64,000 nucleotides of DNA, from the NCBI GenBank assembly GCA_014239155.1, contig JAAZZQ010000050.1, positions 22,284 to 86,283 of the forward strand. Direction: 5' to 3'. Origin of the DNA: Lachnospiraceae bacterium (GTDB lineage: Bacteria > Bacillota > Clostridia > Lachnospirales > Lachnospiraceae). A model generated the notes under the pieces. It made no database searches. It saw nothing but the letters and a program-made list of their open reading frames with translations, and was not told the origin of the DNA. Positions 1 to 12,000 of this stretch are shown here, piece by piece; position 1 is the first letter of the stretch; every line of letters starts with the position of its first letter. Made by a program: the position numbers and the translations under genes.

Positions 1-1749
1 CTCCTTCAGAACTGTCTTTCCATAATTTAACCCATAGCCAAACGGATACTGTGCCTCGTTCTCCATATAGCGATAAGTTCTGCCTTTCATGGTATAATCT
101 GTAAACGCCGGCAACTCCTCCAAAGTGTTGTAGAATGTAACAGGAAGCTTTCCAAAAGCAGACACTTCACCAAAAAGTATCCGCGCGGCTGCCCTGCCGC
201 CCTGTGCGCCGGGATACCAAAGCTGTACCACCGCATTAAAGTGCTCACTCGCATAGCTCATATCAATATCGCTCCCTGCGCATAGGCACAGCACTACAGG
301 CTTTCCGCACTGTGCGATTGCCTCCATTAGCGCAAGCTGGGAATCTGGCAATTTCAATGACAATTTATCTCCAGAAGCATAGCTGTTTCCAGCATCTCCT
401 TCCTCCCCTTCCAATGTCTCATCTAGTCCCACGCACAAGACAACCACATCACTGTGCTGCGCGACAATCTTCGCCTCCGAAAGTCTATCATACTGATATC
501 CAAGCCCTTCTGTTCTGTCTTTTTGCAACTCTGCACCTACGGAGTAAAGAATTCTAACACTGTCCCCAACATACTGACGCACACCATCTAAAATGGTAAC
601 ATACTCTGTGGCGGTTCCGTGATAGTTGCCAATCAGTGCTGCGCGACTGTCTGCATTTGGACCAATCACGCCAATTGTGCCAATTACCTCCTTCTTTAAT
701 GGAAGAATACCATCATTTTTAAGCAGTACAAAGCTTTCTTCTGCAGCCCTCTGTGCAAGTGCAAGATGTTCTTTGCACTCCACACACTCATATGGAATCT
801 TATCAAATTCATTCTCGTCAAACAGCCCAAGCATATAACGCGCTGTAAAAAGTCGAACTGCCGCCTGTGTAATTGCTTCCTCTGTGACAAGCCCCTGCTG
901 ATAAGCTGTTAAAATATGAAGATAGGTAACACCGCAATTCACATCACACCCCGCATTTAATGCCATCGCAGCGGATTCCTGCGGTGTGCTTGTCACTTTA
1001 TGATTGACATGAAAATCTTTAATTGCCCAACAGTCCGATACAAAGTGTCCCTCAAATCCCCATTTTTCTCGAAGAATATCTTGTATTAGGGTTTTACTTC
1101 CGCAGCAGGGCTCGCCGTTTGTGCGATTGTATGCCCCCATCACCGCCTCCACGCCAGCTTCCTTCACCAGTGCTTCAAATGCAGGCAGATAGGTCTCCTC
1201 CATATCTTTTGGTGTTGCTTCGGCATCAAATTCATGGCGCAACTCTTCCGGTCCTGAATGTACAGCAAAATGTTTCGCACATGCAGCAGCCTTCATAATT
1301 GGTCCGTTCCCTTGTAGTCCCTGGACAAAATTCACACCCATTCTGGATGTCAACCAAGGATCTTCCCCATAAGTCTCATGACCTCTGCCCCATCTAGGAT
1401 CGCGGAAAATATTAACATTTGGCGCCCAAAAGGTCAATCCTTTGTAAATATCTCTGTCATCCTGTGCAGAATACGCATTGTACTTCGCACGCCCTTCCTC
1501 GGCAATCACATCTGCAATACTGTGTATCAGTTCCTCGTCAAACGCTGCGCCAAGTCCAATTGCCTGTGGAAAGACAGTTGCCTGTCCAGCTCTTGCCACA
1601 CCATGAAGTGCCTCATTCCACCAATTGTAGGCAGGTATCCCCAATCGGGAAATTGCAGGTGCATTATACCGCAACTGCGACGCTTTCTCCTCTAGGGTCA
1701 TTTGAGAAACTAAATTCTCTGCACGCTTTCTTGCCTCTTCTCTATTCAT
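1..1749 (-). CDS. Glycoside hydrolase family 3 (beta-glucosidase/beta-xylosidase-like); C-terminus cut by window edge
   Basis: Not in the ORF track because there is no stop in the window. My translation from ATG 1749..1747 (AGGAGGGAG RBS upstream) reads MNREEARKRAENLVSQMTLEEKASQLRYNAPAISRLGIPAYNWWNEALHGVARAGQATVFPQA. Later it reads ...REKWGFEGHFVSDCWAI, the GH3 nucleophile-region signature. The frame stays open to position 1. Confidence 0.85.
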   Translation of the reverse strand, partial: MNREEARKRAENLVSQMTLEEKASQLRYNAPAISRLGIPAYNWWNEALHGVARAGQATVFPQAIGLGAAFDEELIHSIADVIAEEGRAKYNAYSAQDDRDIYKGLTFWAPNVNIFRDPRWGRGHETYGEDPWLTSRMGVNFVQGLQGNGPIMKAAACAKHFAVHSGPEELRHEFDAEATPKDMEETYLPAFEALVKEAGVEAVMGAYNRTNGEPCCGSKTLIQDILREKWGFEGHFVSDCWAIKDFHVNHKVTSTPQESAAMALNAGCDVNCGVTYLHILTAYQQGLVTEEAITQAAVRLFTARYMLGLFDENEFDKIPYECVECKEHLALAQRAAEESFVLLKNDGILPLKKEVIGTIGVIGPNADSRAALIGNYHGTATEYVTILDGVRQYVGDSVRILYSVGAELQKDRTEGLGYQYDRLSEAKIVAQHSDVVVLCVGLDETLEGEEGDAGNSYASGDKLSLKLPDSQLALMEAIAQCGKPVVLCLCAGSDIDMSYASEHFNAVVQLWYPGAQGGRAAARILFGEVSAFGKLPVTFYNTLEELPAFTDYTMKGRTYRYMENEAQYPFGYGLNYGKTVLKE

Positions 1750-1849
1750 TGCCTTATCTCCCTCCTGCGTATTTTTTTGAATGAATGAAGGAACGCCTTA
1801 TTGGCAGTTCCTTCCTAAAATAATACTACACTTTCAATTCAACAGTCAA

Positions 1850-3556
1850 TTAATAACCCAATTTTGATTTATTTTTTTGGAAAATCTCATTGACTTGCGT
1901 CACATAGGTATTTACACCAAGGCTTTCCAATTCCGCTTTATAGTCTTCCCACTGTGTCTCAATGTCTGCCTGACCTGTAATAAATTTCTGAATCCATGCT
2001 TTTGTCGCGTCAATCAGTGGTGTAGAAATTAAATTCAGCTCTTCGCTCTCCTCCTCGTTTGCCATGTAAGGCGGAATGAGCGGACGATCTACCCTGTACT
2101 CATAAATTCTGTTGTTAAAACTTCTCTCACCCTCTGTCATCTTGGAAGTTCTCAGCCAGCTAGAGCCACCGTAAGCAAACATACCACCGCCAAAACCATA
2201 GTCCACATTCAGTTTCTTCTCTGCGTCTGGATTCATACCATTAAATGAAATATCCGAGTTTAGAATAACATTCTCGCCATCCATTGTGTAGGTTTCGCCT
2301 TCCACGCCCCACAGAGACAGCATTTGTCCTTCAGGAGAGTACCATAACCAATCCACAAAGCGCAGCATCTTGATAAAACCTTCCTCACCAAGCTCATCCA
2401 ATGCTTTCTGTGCAATCATAATACCATTTTCCAATTTGGAATTTTCAATCTGCAAAAGCCCAGCAGGACCACCCGGTGCTACAACCATATACAGTTCTGC
2501 TTCTGGGTCCGTCATTTTACTTGTATAATCTGCAAGATTTTGATAGTTTCCTGTCATTGCATAAGTCTCACCATTAAAGAATTTTGCTCTTGCTGTGTCG
2601 TCTTCCTGCGAGAAGGATTCTGGATCAAGTACCCCATCCTTTACCATCTTATTTAAGAATGTCAAATACTCTTTCATAACATCCTGTGTATCTGCATAGT
2701 AAAATTCAAGATTATCAAAGTCAAACTGAAGACCGCCGCCCATGCCCCAGCCTGCGTTCACACCATATTCTGCTGCACAGATATTAATTAGACAGTCACC
2801 CTTAGAAGCGTCAGAAATCACATAGTCGCATCCAGTAAATTCCTTCACTTTCTTGCACGCCTCATAGAAATCCTCATAAGTCCATGTTTTTTCAAGCTCT
2901 GTCACATCTACGCCGGCTGCGTCAAATATGTCCTTGCGAATCATAAAGGAATAACCGCCGCCTGCTGCCTCCCACATTCCCGGAAGCTTATAATACTTTC
3001 CATCTGACTGTAACTGTGTCTTTAAGTACTCATCAATTCCCCAGTCCTTAACACATTTTTGGTAATTTGGCATATACTTTACCCAGTCAGAAACTGCCAC
3101 TACCTGACCACCATTTACATATTTTCCTTCCTCGTAGGTCTTGGGAATAATATATGGCGAATCGCCAGAGTTAATCAATACGGACTTTTTGTCTTCATAG
3201 TCTGTTCTTGCAATCAGAGTCAGATCAAATGTCACGTTTGTTTTCTCCTCAATAGCAGACCAGAGTAACCAGTCAGCCTGATATGGATAATTCTCATGGT
3301 CAGAGTACATCATGGAATACGTCACTGGCTCATTAGAATGAAATGTCACTCCCTCGCCATAAGTATAATCAAGCTCATCTGCATTGTCCTCTGTCACAAC
3401 CTCTGAGTCAATCAAATCACCTACGCTGGTAGCAGCCTCCTTATTGGTGTCCTCCGTATTGTTGGATGCTGTCTCCCCAGAATCGCCGCCACACGCTGTC
3501 ATAGACAGAACCATAGCACCTGTCAAAATAAGTGATAACATCTTTTTTACTTTCAT
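1850..3556 (-). CDS. Sugar ABC transporter extracellular solute-binding lipoprotein (large LplA-type SBP)
   Basis: 568 aa. Lipoprotein signal MKVKKMLSLILTGAMVLSMTAC-GG. The size and composition are typical of family-1 oligosaccharide SBPs. It lies next to two permease genes. Confidence 0.88.
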   Translation of the reverse strand: MKVKKMLSLILTGAMVLSMTACGGDSGETASNNTEDTNKEAATSVGDLIDSEVVTEDNADELDYTYGEGVTFHSNEPVTYSMMYSDHENYPYQADWLLWSAIEEKTNVTFDLTLIARTDYEDKKSVLINSGDSPYIIPKTYEEGKYVNGGQVVAVSDWVKYMPNYQKCVKDWGIDEYLKTQLQSDGKYYKLPGMWEAAGGGYSFMIRKDIFDAAGVDVTELEKTWTYEDFYEACKKVKEFTGCDYVISDASKGDCLINICAAEYGVNAGWGMGGGLQFDFDNLEFYYADTQDVMKEYLTFLNKMVKDGVLDPESFSQEDDTARAKFFNGETYAMTGNYQNLADYTSKMTDPEAELYMVVAPGGPAGLLQIENSKLENGIMIAQKALDELGEEGFIKMLRFVDWLWYSPEGQMLSLWGVEGETYTMDGENVILNSDISFNGMNPDAEKKLNVDYGFGGGMFAYGGSSWLRTSKMTEGERSFNNRIYEYRVDRPLIPPYMANEEESEELNLISTPLIDATKAWIQKFITGQADIETQWEDYKAELESLGVNTYVTQVNEIFQKNKSKLGY

Positions 3557-3591
3557 AAAACATCCTCCTTTAACAATTTATTTTGCAATCA

Positions 3592-4506
3592 TTAGCCCTT
3601 TACAGAACCAATCATCATGCCCTGTACAAAATATTTCTGCACAAATGGATATACACAGATAATAGGCGCCGCAGTCAGTACCATACAACAGGAACGAACA
3701 TTTGCAGCAATTTGACTTGCCTCGTCACTGCCTGCACCAATCTCTTGCGTACCGGTTGCACCCATAATAATCTGGCGCAGATACAATGCCACTGGCCATT
3801 TATCTTTTGTGTCCAAATACAAGAATGGACCAAACCAGTTATTCCAGATACCAACAATGTAAAACAGAAACATAGAAGCTAAAATTGGCTTGGACAATGG
3901 TATAATAATCTTGACAAAAATACCATATGCGTTCATGCCGTCAATGGAAGCCGCCTCCTCTAGTTCATTGGGAAGCCCCGCAAAAAATGACTTCATAATC
4001 AACACGTTATAAGTGCTGATTGCTCCCGGAATAATGATTGCCCACATTGTATCGCGCATATGCAGCGCCTGTGCAATCAAAACATAGTTCGGAATCATAC
4101 CACCTGCGAAAAACATGGTAAATACTACAAATGGTGTAAAAAACTTATTTAACACCAACCTGTTTTTTGATAGTGGGTAAGCTAGTATTGCTGATCCAAA
4201 CAGCGAGATCAGCGTTCCTACCACTGAATAGACAATTGTATTCTTGTAATACAAGAAGAAATCCGGCTTGCTCAAGATTACATTGTAGGTCTGTGTCGTA
4301 AATTCTACAGGGAAAAAGCTTACCTCCCCTGCATAGATTGCTCGCTCAGAACTAAACGACTGTGCCACTAAGTACACAAACGGATACAAAGTAAAGAATA
4401 CAATTGCAATCATAATAATCGTATTGATTACCACAAAAATCTTATATCCTGTAGATTCCTTTACCTTTGGCCCGCTCATTGCCAAATCCGCATTTTTTCC
4501 AGCCAT
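3592..4506 (-). CDS. Carbohydrate ABC transporter permease (MalG/LplC-like)
   Basis: 304 aa, multi-TM. EAA-type loop LEEAASIDGMNAYGIFVKIIIPLSKP. Confidence 0.9.
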   Translation of the reverse strand: MAGKNADLAMSGPKVKESTGYKIFVVINTIIMIAIVFFTLYPFVYLVAQSFSSERAIYAGEVSFFPVEFTTQTYNVILSKPDFFLYYKNTIVYSVVGTLISLFGSAILAYPLSKNRLVLNKFFTPFVVFTMFFAGGMIPNYVLIAQALHMRDTMWAIIIPGAISTYNVLIMKSFFAGLPNELEEAASIDGMNAYGIFVKIIIPLSKPILASMFLFYIVGIWNNWFGPFLYLDTKDKWPVALYLRQIIMGATGTQEIGAGSDEASQIAANVRSCCMVLTAAPIICVYPFVQKYFVQGMMIGSVKG

Positions 4507-4522
4507 ATCTTTCCCTCCTTTC

Positions 4523-5461
4523 TCACCACAAGCTTGCTTCTGTCAGCTTTCTGGAAACCAGATTGGCTGTCGTAACCAAAATCAAACCAATCACACCTTC
4601 AAACAAGCCAACCGCAGTCGCGTAGCTAAAGTTACCGCCACTAATACCCATGCGATATACTAAGGTGGAAATAACATCCGCAGTTTCATAGGTAGAAGGC
4701 AGATACAGCAGAATAATCTTCTCAAAATTGGATCCCATAATACCACCGATATCCAGAATAAGCAGTGTCACAATTGTAGGCATAATGCCGGGAATTGTCA
4801 CATGAATTGCTTGCTGAAACCGATTTGCACCGTCTACCTTCGCCGCCTCATACAACTCAGTATTGATACCTGTCATCGCAGCCAGATACAGAATTGTTCC
4901 CCAGCCAAGACCCTGCCAAATACCAGAAATAATATAGATTGGCGGAAACCATGATGCCTCCTGTATAAATGAAATCTTTTCTCCGCCCATTGCAGATATC
5001 ATTGCATTGATTGGACCATTGAGCGATACTACTTCTTTAATCATACCGGCAATGATAACCATTGAAATAAAGTGTGGCAGATAAGAGACTGTCTGCACAA
5101 ATTTTTTCCACTTTGCCCTTCTAATCTCATTGAGCAAAAGCGCAAAAGTCAGCGTTATTGGAAAGCGAAACAGTAGATACGTCACACTCAAACTTAGCGT
5201 GTTGCGAAATGCCCGCCAAAATGACGGATCACGTAAAAACTGTCTAAAATACCGAAACCCTACCCACTTTTCACCAAAAATATTTACGCCACCGGAATAT
5301 TTTCGGAATGCAATGATATTTCCAAACATTGGTATGTACTTAAAAATAACATAGTAGACAATCGGAATTACCAAGAAAGAATACATCATCCACTCTTTCT
5401 TCAAATGTCGTCCCAAATTAATCTTTCCTAGCTCATTTTTCGGTTGTTTTTGTCTTGCCAT
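4523..5461 (-). CDS. Carbohydrate ABC transporter permease (MalF/LplB-like)
   Basis: 312 aa, multi-TM. EAA-type loop LYEAAKVDGANRFQQAIHVTIPGIMP. Confidence 0.9.
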   Translation of the reverse strand: MARQKQPKNELGKINLGRHLKKEWMMYSFLVIPIVYYVIFKYIPMFGNIIAFRKYSGGVNIFGEKWVGFRYFRQFLRDPSFWRAFRNTLSLSVTYLLFRFPITLTFALLLNEIRRAKWKKFVQTVSYLPHFISMVIIAGMIKEVVSLNGPINAMISAMGGEKISFIQEASWFPPIYIISGIWQGLGWGTILYLAAMTGINTELYEAAKVDGANRFQQAIHVTIPGIMPTIVTLLILDIGGIMGSNFEKIILLYLPSTYETADVISTLVYRMGISGGNFSYATAVGLFEGVIGLILVTTANLVSRKLTEASLW

Positions 5462-5505
5462 CTCACCATCACCCCTTCTTTTATCTAAGATAATTAGATA
5501 CTATT

Positions 5506-7524
5506 TCAGTATATTTTTCTTCCCTGTTCGTCCTCAATTCCTGTTTTTCTGTAAAAATAGGAATTAATCTGGTCACACCATTCCCTAGCGTGCCATACCT
5601 GATGGTCAAAGCGTTCGAGCGTTCGCTGATAAATGTCCTCTGATATTTTTCCCTGTAAAGACTGCCACATACTCCTCATCTTGCCAGCTTCCGCTGCCCC
5701 TTCAAAATGGGTATCATAGATGTGTTGCAACACAGTTTTTCCCGATTGCAGCTTGTATGTATAAGGCACATGATGGAAGAACAACTTTAGCGCGTCTGGG
5801 CAACAATCCAAGTTGTTATACATCGAAGCGTTTGGCTTCCTGTATTGCATTGCATATCCAGTACCTGCACTGCTCCTGTCCACACCGATTCCTTGGTGAT
5901 CTGCTCTGTGATAGGTTCCCCACCGATCATATTCATATCCATCTACACTCGGACCATAATGATAATTAGGATTAACCATCCAACCAATACCAAGTGGTGC
6001 ATTGTACTTTTCATATGCAGGCCAAGACATCATCAATATTTCTAAAATTGTCTTGACCACTTCAGCGTCCTCGCCAAATGTACAGAGAATCCACTCTCTG
6101 GCGATCTCCTCTGCCGAACAATTGGTGTTAAAACTTAGCCTGCCAAATCCATACAGATTTGCCGCAGCCAAATCATGCCCTGTCCAGTTTACATCATTTC
6201 CTGTGTTTGCCACCGCTGTCATGCCACAATTCTGATTTCCCCATGTTCTTCCGCTTACAATATCCGCCACGGTGTCATTCTGTTCTTTACAGTACGTATG
6301 AAATGCTAAAATTTCCTTGAACATTGGTATTAGATAGCAGACATGGCGCTGCTGTCCGGTATACTCCTGTGCAATCTGTACCTCAAGCATCTGGTTTGTC
6401 TTTGGCATTGCACCAAACAGCGGGTGTACTGGCTCCCGCACTTGGAAATCCATCGGTCCATTCTTAATCTGTAAAATCACATTGTCCAAAAACTTACCGT
6501 CGAGCGGTGCAAAATTATCATACCCGCTGCGCGCGCGATCCGTCTTGTAATCCCGCCAATCCTGCTGACAGTTATACACAAAACACCGCCAGATAATCAC
6601 GCCGCCGTAGGGTGCTACTGCCTCTGCAAGCATATTGGCGCCCTCCGCATGGCTGCGCCCATAAGTAAATGGTCCCTCGCGCCCTTCTGAATCCGCCTTT
6701 ACTAGAAATCCACCAAAATTTGGTATTTGAGTAAAGACCTTTTTCATGCGGTCTTTCCACCACTGACGCACCGTCTCGTCCAATGGATCTGCCGTTTCCA
6801 ATCCGCCCAATTCCATTGGCGCTGCAAAGTTCAAGCTAAGGAAAAGACGTATCCCATACACCGCAAAAATTTCTGACATTACCTTTATTTGTGGTGTATA
6901 ATCTTCCGCAATCAGACGCGTTGCATTTCCTCTGACATTGACATTGTTAATCACCACTGCATTGATGCCAATTGACGCAGCAAGCCTTGCATAACACTTG
7001 GTTCGTTCATTGATAAGCACTTCTTCGTCGCAAAAGAAAAACGAGTTTCCTGAATATCCTCGCTCTATACTGCCATCCATGTTGTCCCAATGATTTAACA
7101 TACGAAGAGGATTAGAAGGCTCCTCCTTAATATCAATTCCCTGCAAAGGAGCAGTCATCTGCAACTGCCGGATACAGGCAAAGCTTCCATATAAAATCCC
7201 TTGCGCGCCAGCGGATGCTATGACAAGAAGTCCTTCCTTCTCATACAGATGATATCCTTCTTTAGAAATTGTCTCTGTTATATCCAACTTTAGCCAGATA
7301 CCAACTGCTCCTAACACAGGTGCTTTTCTATGCAGCACAACACGCCGCCCCAATATTTGCTCTGATGCTATCTGCAATTCACTGACCGCAGAGTCAATTA
7401 CAGGATCTGTACACTCAACATAAACCGCTGCAAAATACTGCATATCTTTGCAGTCCGTTTGTAATCTATAAGAAAGCCATGCATTCTCAAATCCCTTGCA
7501 ATTCTCAGTTTTTTCCATTTTCAT
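5506..7524 (-). CDS. aguA: Alpha-glucuronidase, glycoside hydrolase family 67
   Basis: 672 aa. GH67-like blocks are recognised (NHWDNMDGSIERGYSGNSFFF, GGFLVKADSEGREGP, EYTGQQRHVCYL). GGGGAGGTGA RBS 9 nt upstream. Confidence 0.88.
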   Translation of the reverse strand: MKMEKTENCKGFENAWLSYRLQTDCKDMQYFAAVYVECTDPVIDSAVSELQIASEQILGRRVVLHRKAPVLGAVGIWLKLDITETISKEGYHLYEKEGLLVIASAGAQGILYGSFACIRQLQMTAPLQGIDIKEEPSNPLRMLNHWDNMDGSIERGYSGNSFFFCDEEVLINERTKCYARLAASIGINAVVINNVNVRGNATRLIAEDYTPQIKVMSEIFAVYGIRLFLSLNFAAPMELGGLETADPLDETVRQWWKDRMKKVFTQIPNFGGFLVKADSEGREGPFTYGRSHAEGANMLAEAVAPYGGVIIWRCFVYNCQQDWRDYKTDRARSGYDNFAPLDGKFLDNVILQIKNGPMDFQVREPVHPLFGAMPKTNQMLEVQIAQEYTGQQRHVCYLIPMFKEILAFHTYCKEQNDTVADIVSGRTWGNQNCGMTAVANTGNDVNWTGHDLAAANLYGFGRLSFNTNCSAEEIAREWILCTFGEDAEVVKTILEILMMSWPAYEKYNAPLGIGWMVNPNYHYGPSVDGYEYDRWGTYHRADHQGIGVDRSSAGTGYAMQYRKPNASMYNNLDCCPDALKLFFHHVPYTYKLQSGKTVLQHIYDTHFEGAAEAGKMRSMWQSLQGKISEDIYQRTLERFDHQVWHAREWCDQINSYFYRKTGIEDEQGRKIY

Positions 7525-8116
7525 AAGATTGTTTCACCTCCCCTATCTTACATATAACAATTTTCACAGATATGCTTTAACATCACACAACTCTTTGGAA
7601 ATACTTTCCTTGTGCACGACTCTGCATAAAACCCATTAGACATTTTGCACATCTCTTTCTTTTTGTTAATTTAAAGTATAAGCATTTTCACCAAAAGAAT
7701 CCTATCATTTTGTACTTTCCTATACTCAAATATTATTATTTTTCTCTTTTTAACAATAATTTGGCTTAAAAATGTGCGAAATTAATCTTTACTTATAGCT
7801 ACTTTTTGTTATATACTATGAATATAATTTCTATTTTTTCAAACACAAAAGAGATATTGTACACAATTATTCTTGTTTATTGTATGAATTATGTGATTAT
7901 ATACAAAAATTTCCATAGCAATTTTTGAGTACTAATTGCTTGCTATATTAAATTGTAAGATTTTTGGAAAAATTTATTTTTTTAATTGCACACACTAAAA
8001 ACGCAGCCTATTACGACTCCGTTTTTAGTAAATGTTATATAAAAACAATAAGTGCTTTTTTTCAAGAAAAAGAAATTAAAGAACTATAGAAAAAAAATTG
8101 TATAGGAGAGCGTTCT

Positions 8117-9016
8117 ATGATTGAAAACCTAAATGGTATCTATGAAACAATTATGTATCATGGTCTAAATGGTATACGACTGTATCACAACAAAGAATAT
8201 GAAGACTATCCGATTCATTGGCATTCAGCACTGGAAATTATTATGCCCTACCGCAATACATACTCTATTAAAATAACAAATCAATCTATTGTGCTGGAAG
8301 AGGGCGATATTCTGTTGATTCCGCCCGGTGAGCTTCATGCACTCTCCCCCGCTTCGCCAAATGGTGAACGTTTGATTGCACAACTGGATTTTACCTCTAT
8401 CAACCAACTTGGTGGTATGGATTCTTTGTTGCATTCATTACACCCTTATATGCTGCTGCGCAAATGCGACAATCCCGACTTTGTTGGAGAGCTGTCTTTT
8501 TGTCTGTCTGAGATTGAACGAGAATACTTCGCGAATGATCTTTTTACTGAGACAGCTATACACTCCCTGTATCTTCGTTTTTTCACACTACTTGGACGTA
8601 GTGCAGTAAGTGCCGCGGTCAAATTCCCAGATACGGCTCCAAGCAAGCAACATGAATACATTGAAAAATTTATGGCAGTCTGTAATTTTATCAACGATCA
8701 CTGTACAGAGGACTTGACTATTGATGAGCTGGCAATACGAGCTGGATTCAGCAAATCCCACTTTTCCAGACTTTTTAAACAATTCACTGGTATGACTTGT
8801 TATGCCTATATGATTAACAAACGCATTGCATATGCAGAGAGGCTGCTGATATCCCCGACTCTTTCTATCATGGATGCTGCCATGCAGTCTGGTTTCAACA
8901 GCCTTTGTACATTTAACCGCATTTTCAAATCTATCAAGGATTGTACTCCCAGTCAATACCGCCAACTAAATCGGCAGTACACTGCGCGGGCTACCACTCA
9001 AGACCTCACAAATTGA
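8117..9016 (+). CDS. AraC-family transcriptional regulator (cupin-like sensor + AraC HTH)
   Basis: 299 aa. C-terminal HTH LTIDELAIRAGFSKSHFSRLFKQFTGMTCYAYMINKRIAYAERLL. Divergent from the aguA operon across a 590-nt AT-rich region. Confidence 0.9.
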   Translation: MIENLNGIYETIMYHGLNGIRLYHNKEYEDYPIHWHSALEIIMPYRNTYSIKITNQSIVLEEGDILLIPPGELHALSPASPNGERLIAQLDFTSINQLGGMDSLLHSLHPYMLLRKCDNPDFVGELSFCLSEIEREYFANDLFTETAIHSLYLRFFTLLGRSAVSAAVKFPDTAPSKQHEYIEKFMAVCNFINDHCTEDLTIDELAIRAGFSKSHFSRLFKQFTGMTCYAYMINKRIAYAERLLISPTLSIMDAAMQSGFNSLCTFNRIFKSIKDCTPSQYRQLNRQYTARATTQDLTN

Positions 9017-12000
9017 AACCACTGGAAATCAAACTGACTTCCCGGCAGGAATACAAATGCTACATCTTGTATTCCTGTCACACATTTAAGTGGAAACTCC
9101 ATCTCCTGTGCTTTTTCTGCGTGTAAAAATTCTACCAACTGCCTGTGTTCCCCTTCTAGCGTCCGAAATCGAATGTGAACAGCCTGTTGCGCAAGGGGCG
9201 TTCTTCCACATATTTTTATGCCTGAAATTCCTGTTTCCCCAAAGTCCATTTTTTCAAACTCCACTGTCACATTGTTGCCAATTCCATTAATACCAGTCTC
9301 TGTCACAGTAAAACAATCTCCATATACATGGTCACACATGCAGGCTGAAAGCCTTTCAAATGCTTTGTTTTTTCTGGCAAAGGAAAACCCTTTGATGTGT
9401 ATCTTTTGATGCAGCACAAAACACAAACTTGTAATTCCTGTCAATCTTCTGTTCAACTTCCATGTTTCCGGCTGATAAACATTCCATATAGAAGGTTTTT
9501 GGTACACCACATCGCCCACAAGCGAACTTCCTTCCTCATCAGGCATTCCCTCCCAGATTTGAATGGAATATGGTTCATCTGACAGTGCAAAGATTGGCAC
9601 TGTAATCTCATCTGAGCCAAAGCTGCCAAAATCCAAATTTTTATAGCCAACTTGCGTTTCTCCATCTCTTGATGTAGCGACACCCTTCTCATTTCCATTC
9701 CCCACATCGCCCTTGTTATATTGATACTGCCCGCCACAGACAAATGCATAGGGATCAATATATGCCGTTCCAAGTCCTGTCACTGTAAAACCTAGCTGTG
9801 AAATAATCTCCACATGTTCTTGCCCACACTTTGACATACAACGCAACCAAAAAGCACCATCCGCCTTCGCCGTAACTCGTGCACAAGTTCCGTCTGTCTC
9901 CAACGTAGCCAAATTAGAGAGAATTCCCGCCTCATCCACCAAGGCAAAAATCAGATTTTTGTCCGATGCATTTTCAGGATATATTGCAGCGTGAACTATC
10001 GCGCTTGGATTAGCAGGTTCTAACCGCGTTCCTGTCTCGCAGGAAAGTTTTATTGTGCGGACAAAAATTTCTTCTTCCGGTGGCTGCATCTGCTCCCTTT
10101 CATCAAAACCATAGGCGGCAAAACTAACACCCTCCTCCGCCTCACACGCCTTCGCGTAAAGCACAAGCTGTGTCTCTGGCATTCCTTGTGACACAGCAGT
10201 CACAATCAGCTCTCCTGCTTCCCTATTCGCTGCAATTACGGCGAGCAACTTTCCGTTAAACAACCGTCTGCTATTGCCCTTGTAGGCGTCGTAATCTGTG
10301 CTATCTCCATTGTCCATTCCTACCAAACGTCCTGCACCGCTCACATGTACCTGAACGCGGTTATTAGCATTCTCCACTGGATATCCATCTACATCCCTCG
10401 CTGTGATCTCCACAAATATCAAGTCTCGTGCGTCCGCAAAAACCGTGTGTTTATCTGGCTCAAGACATAACTTTGCCGGCTCTTTAAAAGAATGGCGAAC
10501 CTCTCTTGCAAGCACTTTACCCTGTTCATCGTAAGCCACCGCCTCAATCGCGCCTGAATGGTAAGGCACAATCCAATTGCCTGTAAGTTGGCACCCCTTT
10601 TGGTGATCAATCTGATATTTTCCTTGGCTTTCTCCATTTACAAACAGCTCCACCTCCGGTGCATTCGAGCATACTCGAACATCAATCTGCTGTCCTTCAT
10701 TGAAATCCCAATACGGAAAAACATGCACCATTGGAGCAGTCTTAACATCTGTCCATTCCGCCTGATATAGATAGTAAGAATCTTTGGGAAAACCTGCTGT
10801 ATCAATCTGTCCAAAATAGGAATTCTTTGTGTGGTAGGGTGTTGGCTCTCCAATATAGTCAAACCCACTCCACAAAAACTGCCCACATGAAAAAGCACAG
10901 TCGCGCTCCGCAATAATACAACTCTCGGAAGATTTTGCACCCCAACTCGTCGTCGAATTTCCAAGCGCCGAACACTGCAAGTCCTCTTCTGCAAGCACTG
11001 ACCTTTGATATGGAAAATGGTATATCCCTCTGCTTTGCACTGTGGAGGACGTCTCGCTGCCATAAATTACCCAATTTGGGTGCGCACAGTGATGCTGATT
11101 ATAATAATTCTCCGCATAGTTGTATCCCACCGTCTCTATAATATCTGCACACTTCTGTGCGTTCTCCCACGGCATATAGTTTGAACCAATTGTCACTGGT
11201 GCATGGTTTTTGGGATCTTGTTTTCTAACCTCCAAAAGCAGTGCGCGCGCAATCCGCTGCCCGCTCTCATCTACATGCGTGTCATAAATTTCATTTCCGA
11301 CACTCCACATAATGATACTTGGGTGGTTTCTGTCACGCCGAATCCAGCTCTCCACATCTTTTTGATACCAATCCTTGAAAAAGCGTCCATAATCGTACTC
11401 TGTCTTTGTGCGTTCCCACATGTCAAACGCCTCCGAGACAATTAGTATTCCCATCTCATCTGCAAGCTCCATTAAATCAGAGGCAGGCATATTATGGGTT
11501 AGACGGACTGCGTTAACACCCATTTTTTGGAGTATTACAAATTTACGGCGCATTGCGGTTTTATTAAATGCCGCACCAAGGCAGCCTAAATCATGATGTT
11601 CGCAGACCCCTTTCAGTTTGACATGCCTTCCATTCAGGAAAAATCCCGTATTTGGATTAAATGCTATCTCACGAAAACCAAACCAGACTGCCTCCTCCTG
11701 TAAAAGCTTCTCTTTGCGCCAAAGATTAGCCTTTAAACAGTATCGCTTTGGCGCGCAGATATCCCATAATTGTGGATTGGGCACGAATGCTCTGGTCTGA
11801 TGTACTATAATATCTTGCTGTGGACAAAGAGACTCTCTGCCATTCCAAACCACGTTTTCCTCTTCGTCAACCAATGTATAAACAAGTGTTGCCTCCTCTT
11901 TACAAACCACTTCTGTATCAATTTCTAGCGACCACATATCTTCCTGTGTTTTGATTGCTGTCACATAGATACCATTCTTTGGAATATGTGTTTCCCAAAC

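Noticed and set aside
312-1784. Several 70-121-aa plus-strand ORFs
   Set aside because: They are antisense to the strongly supported GH3 coding frame, which the track omitted only because its stop lies outside the window.
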